A stretch of 63,838 nucleotides of DNA, filler included, from Octopus bimaculoides (taxonomy: Eukaryota): assembly GCF_001194135.2 (NCBI RefSeq). It is 4 parts of 4 records of this genome, joined end to end, with 100 filler letters (N's around TTAATTAATTAA, not from the genome) between each part and the next. Parts side by side here need not be neighbours in the genome. Positions count along the whole stretch, not along the records: positions 60,713 to 63,838 come from NC_068996.1; 3 more parts are not named here. One strand, written 5' to 3'. The position numbers and the translations under genes are program-made. The notes under the pieces are model-generated. The model worked only from the letters and a program-made list of their open reading frames with translations, made no database searches and was not told the origin of the DNA. Shown piece by piece: positions 61,201-63,838 of the stretch; within the stretch, counting starts at the first letter, position 1; each line of letters begins with the position of its first letter.

Positions 61201-62895
61201 GATGAACTTCTTTCAGTTTCTGGCTATCAAATCCACTCACAAGGCTTTGGTTGGCCCTAGGCTATAGTAGAAGACACTTGCCCAAGATGCCACACAGTAG
61301 GACTGAACCTGAAACCATGTGATTGGAAAGCAAGCTTTTTAGCAAACAGCCATACTTTAAATGAAAAGCATAAAGATCAAATAATATGAAAGAGTGCATA
61401 TTTTTCTGCTTGACAGAGTGAAGAGCTCTATGAATTTGGTTGAGTCACTAAAATTTTTTTGAACTATTAACTGATGAGATCAACTTTACTTTAACACACA
61501 CATACCCCACTTCCCATATCATTATCATCATTGCAAAGTATTTTAGGCAAAGAGATTTTGGTTTAAAATGGTCTGGTTTACTCAGTGTTAAAAATGGGAT
61601 TTCCAGGGAGAAACAGAACACATCTCTAAGCGTTACAAGCATGATAATAATAATCGATTAATTAAGCATGCAAGTTAAGTAAGAATAAAAACAAACAAAC
61701 AAACAAACACTGTTTAATCAACTGAAATTACATCTGTAATGTAAAGGAAAAAAAAAAAAATGAAACACCCCATTGGTGTTAATGATAATTCTTGTCAAGA
61801 AAGGCATCTCTGAAACTTAAATGGATTAAAATATTAAGTGAGAACATGTAGTAGAGAATGGCTCTCATGATTGGTTGATATGACGATGTGATGACAGCTC
61901 TGAGCATGTTTCAGTTTTATCACAACTCCTCAGTGAAGTGCATGTGTGTGTATGTATGTATATATATATATATATATATATATNNNNNNNNNNNNNNNNN
62001 NNNNNNNNNNNNNNNNNNNNNNNNNNNNNNNNNNNNNNNNNNNNNNNNNNNNNNNNNNNNNNNNNNNNNNNNNNNNNNNNNNNNNNNNNNNNNNNNNNNN
62101 NNNNNNNNNNNNNNNNNNNNNNNNNNNNNNNNNNNNNNNNNNNNNNNNNNNNNNNNNNNNNNNNNNNNNNNNNNNNNNNNNNNNNNNNNNNNNNNNNNNN
62201 NNNNNNNNNNNNNNNNNNNNNNNNNNNNNNNNNNNNNNNNNNNNNNNNNNNNNNNNNNNNNNNNNNNNNNNNNNNNNNNNNNNNNNNNNNNNNNNNNNNN
62301 NNNNNNNNNNNNNNNNNNNNNNNNNNNNNNNNNNNNNNCTCACCCATCAATGATAACATATGAGTATTCAGCTTTTACCAATGATTTGTTTATGGTGATC
62401 AAATGTATGTGCTGTACATTAACTCACTCTCTCCATCAAATCAACGCTGTCTAAACAGGTGCACTGTGTGCCATGCATCAGGTGTTGAAGTTATTGTAGA
62501 GTAATGTGAGATGAAGTGTTTTGCTCAAAAATACAATGCACCACCCAGTCTAGGAATTGAAATCGAGATCACTAGATAATGAGTGCAACACCCTAACCAC
62601 TAGGCCATGCACCCTCACAAAGACAGGATTGCACCTAGAAAGTTCCCCTCCGAGGCACAAGTCTGGGCAAGGTTGTTTATGGAAGCTCTCTCCAGCTTCC
62701 TCTCTCCCCACCACTGATGTTATCCAAGGGAAAGGCAAAGCACCAGTTAGCACCAGTGACGCTGTAACTTATTGCTACAATTGAGTGGATTGGAGCAAAT
62801 TAAGTGTCTTGCTCAAGAACACAACACACAGCCCGGTCCAAGAATCAAACTCTCTAACCACTGAACCATGCACCTTCACTGTATGAATGTGTGTG

Positions 62896-62938
<43 letters not shown>

Positions 62939-62939
62939 C

Positions 62940-63235
62940 AACAACAACAACAACAAGAAGCTTCTCTCACAATTCTATAGTAGAAAGCACTTGCTCAAGA
63001 TACCACATAGTGGGACTGAACCCAACACCAAATATTTAGGAAGCAAGCTTCTTAACCACACAGCCATGTATGCACCCATTCTTTTATTCTTTTACTTGTT
63101 TTACTTGTTTTGGTCATTTGACTGCAGCCATGCTGGAGCACTGCTTTAAAGGGTTTCAGTTGAAGAAATCAACCCCAGGACTTATTCTTTGTTAGCCTAG
63201 AACTTATTCTATCAGTTACTTTCGTTGAACTGTTA
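62940..63235 (-). mobile_element. Two abutting diverged SINE family D fragments
   Basis: CACTTGCTCAAGATACCACATAGTGGGACTGAACCC head, then TTTGACTGCAGCCATGCTGGAGCACTGC tail. Confidence 0.65.
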
Positions 63236-63838
63236 ATATATACATATATACAGAGGTAATTGTTCTTGGGGGGTGGGTTATTGTCCATGGGGGGTAAATG
63301 TCTTAGAATCCTCACCCTATCACTTTCAAACTAAGGGAAAGAAAACAAAACACAAAAAAAAAAATGTTAGAACACATTAGAGAATGTAGTTCTGGATAAA
63401 GCCAATAAATAAATAAATCATTGGGATGGTCATAACTGGAATGCTTTTGATCAAAGGGCCTTGCTCAATCAGAGCTAATGTGGGATTAAACAATAATGGT
63501 TAATGATTATAATCAACAGCAACAAGTGGACAAAATATTTCAGATGCACACTTACATGCATACACACAAGCACATATGCACAAACATGCACACACACATA
63601 TACATACACATGCACACACACACATACATACACACATGCATACTCATACATGCATACACACATGTACACACCTGCACACACACAAGCACACATACATGCA
63701 CATACACACGTACACACACACATGCACACAAAACCATACATACAAATAAACACAAGAACACACATCTCAAAACACTTTTTCCTTTCTCTCTCTCTCTCTT
63801 TCTTCCTCTCCCTCCCTCTCCGCCCCACCCTCCATCTC

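Noticed and set aside
61417-61500. Candidate last DHDH exon (..MNLVESLKFF/ELLTDEI)
   Set aside because: The acceptor phase gives an immediate stop, a frameshift would be needed, and the similarity is marginal.

Overview
AT-rich, repeat-dense eukaryotic DNA with many N-gaps. The SINE families, (TTAGGG)-type repeats and microsatellite load point to an octopus/coleoid cephalopod assembly (inference). Most of the window is SINEs (at least four families), DNA-transposon fossils (Hsmar1-like and irritans-like mariners, a rosa/Visitor-like transposase, a Tigger/pogo fossil, MITEs), Helitron fragments, LINE scraps and microsatellites. Almost all ORFs in the supplied track are microsatellite or N artefacts. 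One gene is well supported: five internal + strand exons (53396-58817) of a DHDH-family (Gfo/Idh/MocA) dehydrogenase; its first and last exons are not visible. Two further gene starts are weaker: a - strand first exon resembling CIMAP2/LEXM (5311-5366) and a + strand first exon that looks like a mitochondrial presequence (7142-7188). They are arranged head-to-head around a compact promoter-motif cluster. The most unusual theme is telomeric sequence in four contexts: a 233-bp MITE whose TIRs end in outward-facing telomere repeats, a 21-nt TTAGGG insertion inside a SINE, a 1.1-kb degenerate array and a palindromic junction at a gap edge. Three 44N-TTAATTAATTAA-44N spacers are artificial scaffold joins, so contiguity across them is not assured. 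All alignments were done by eye; no database searches were run.
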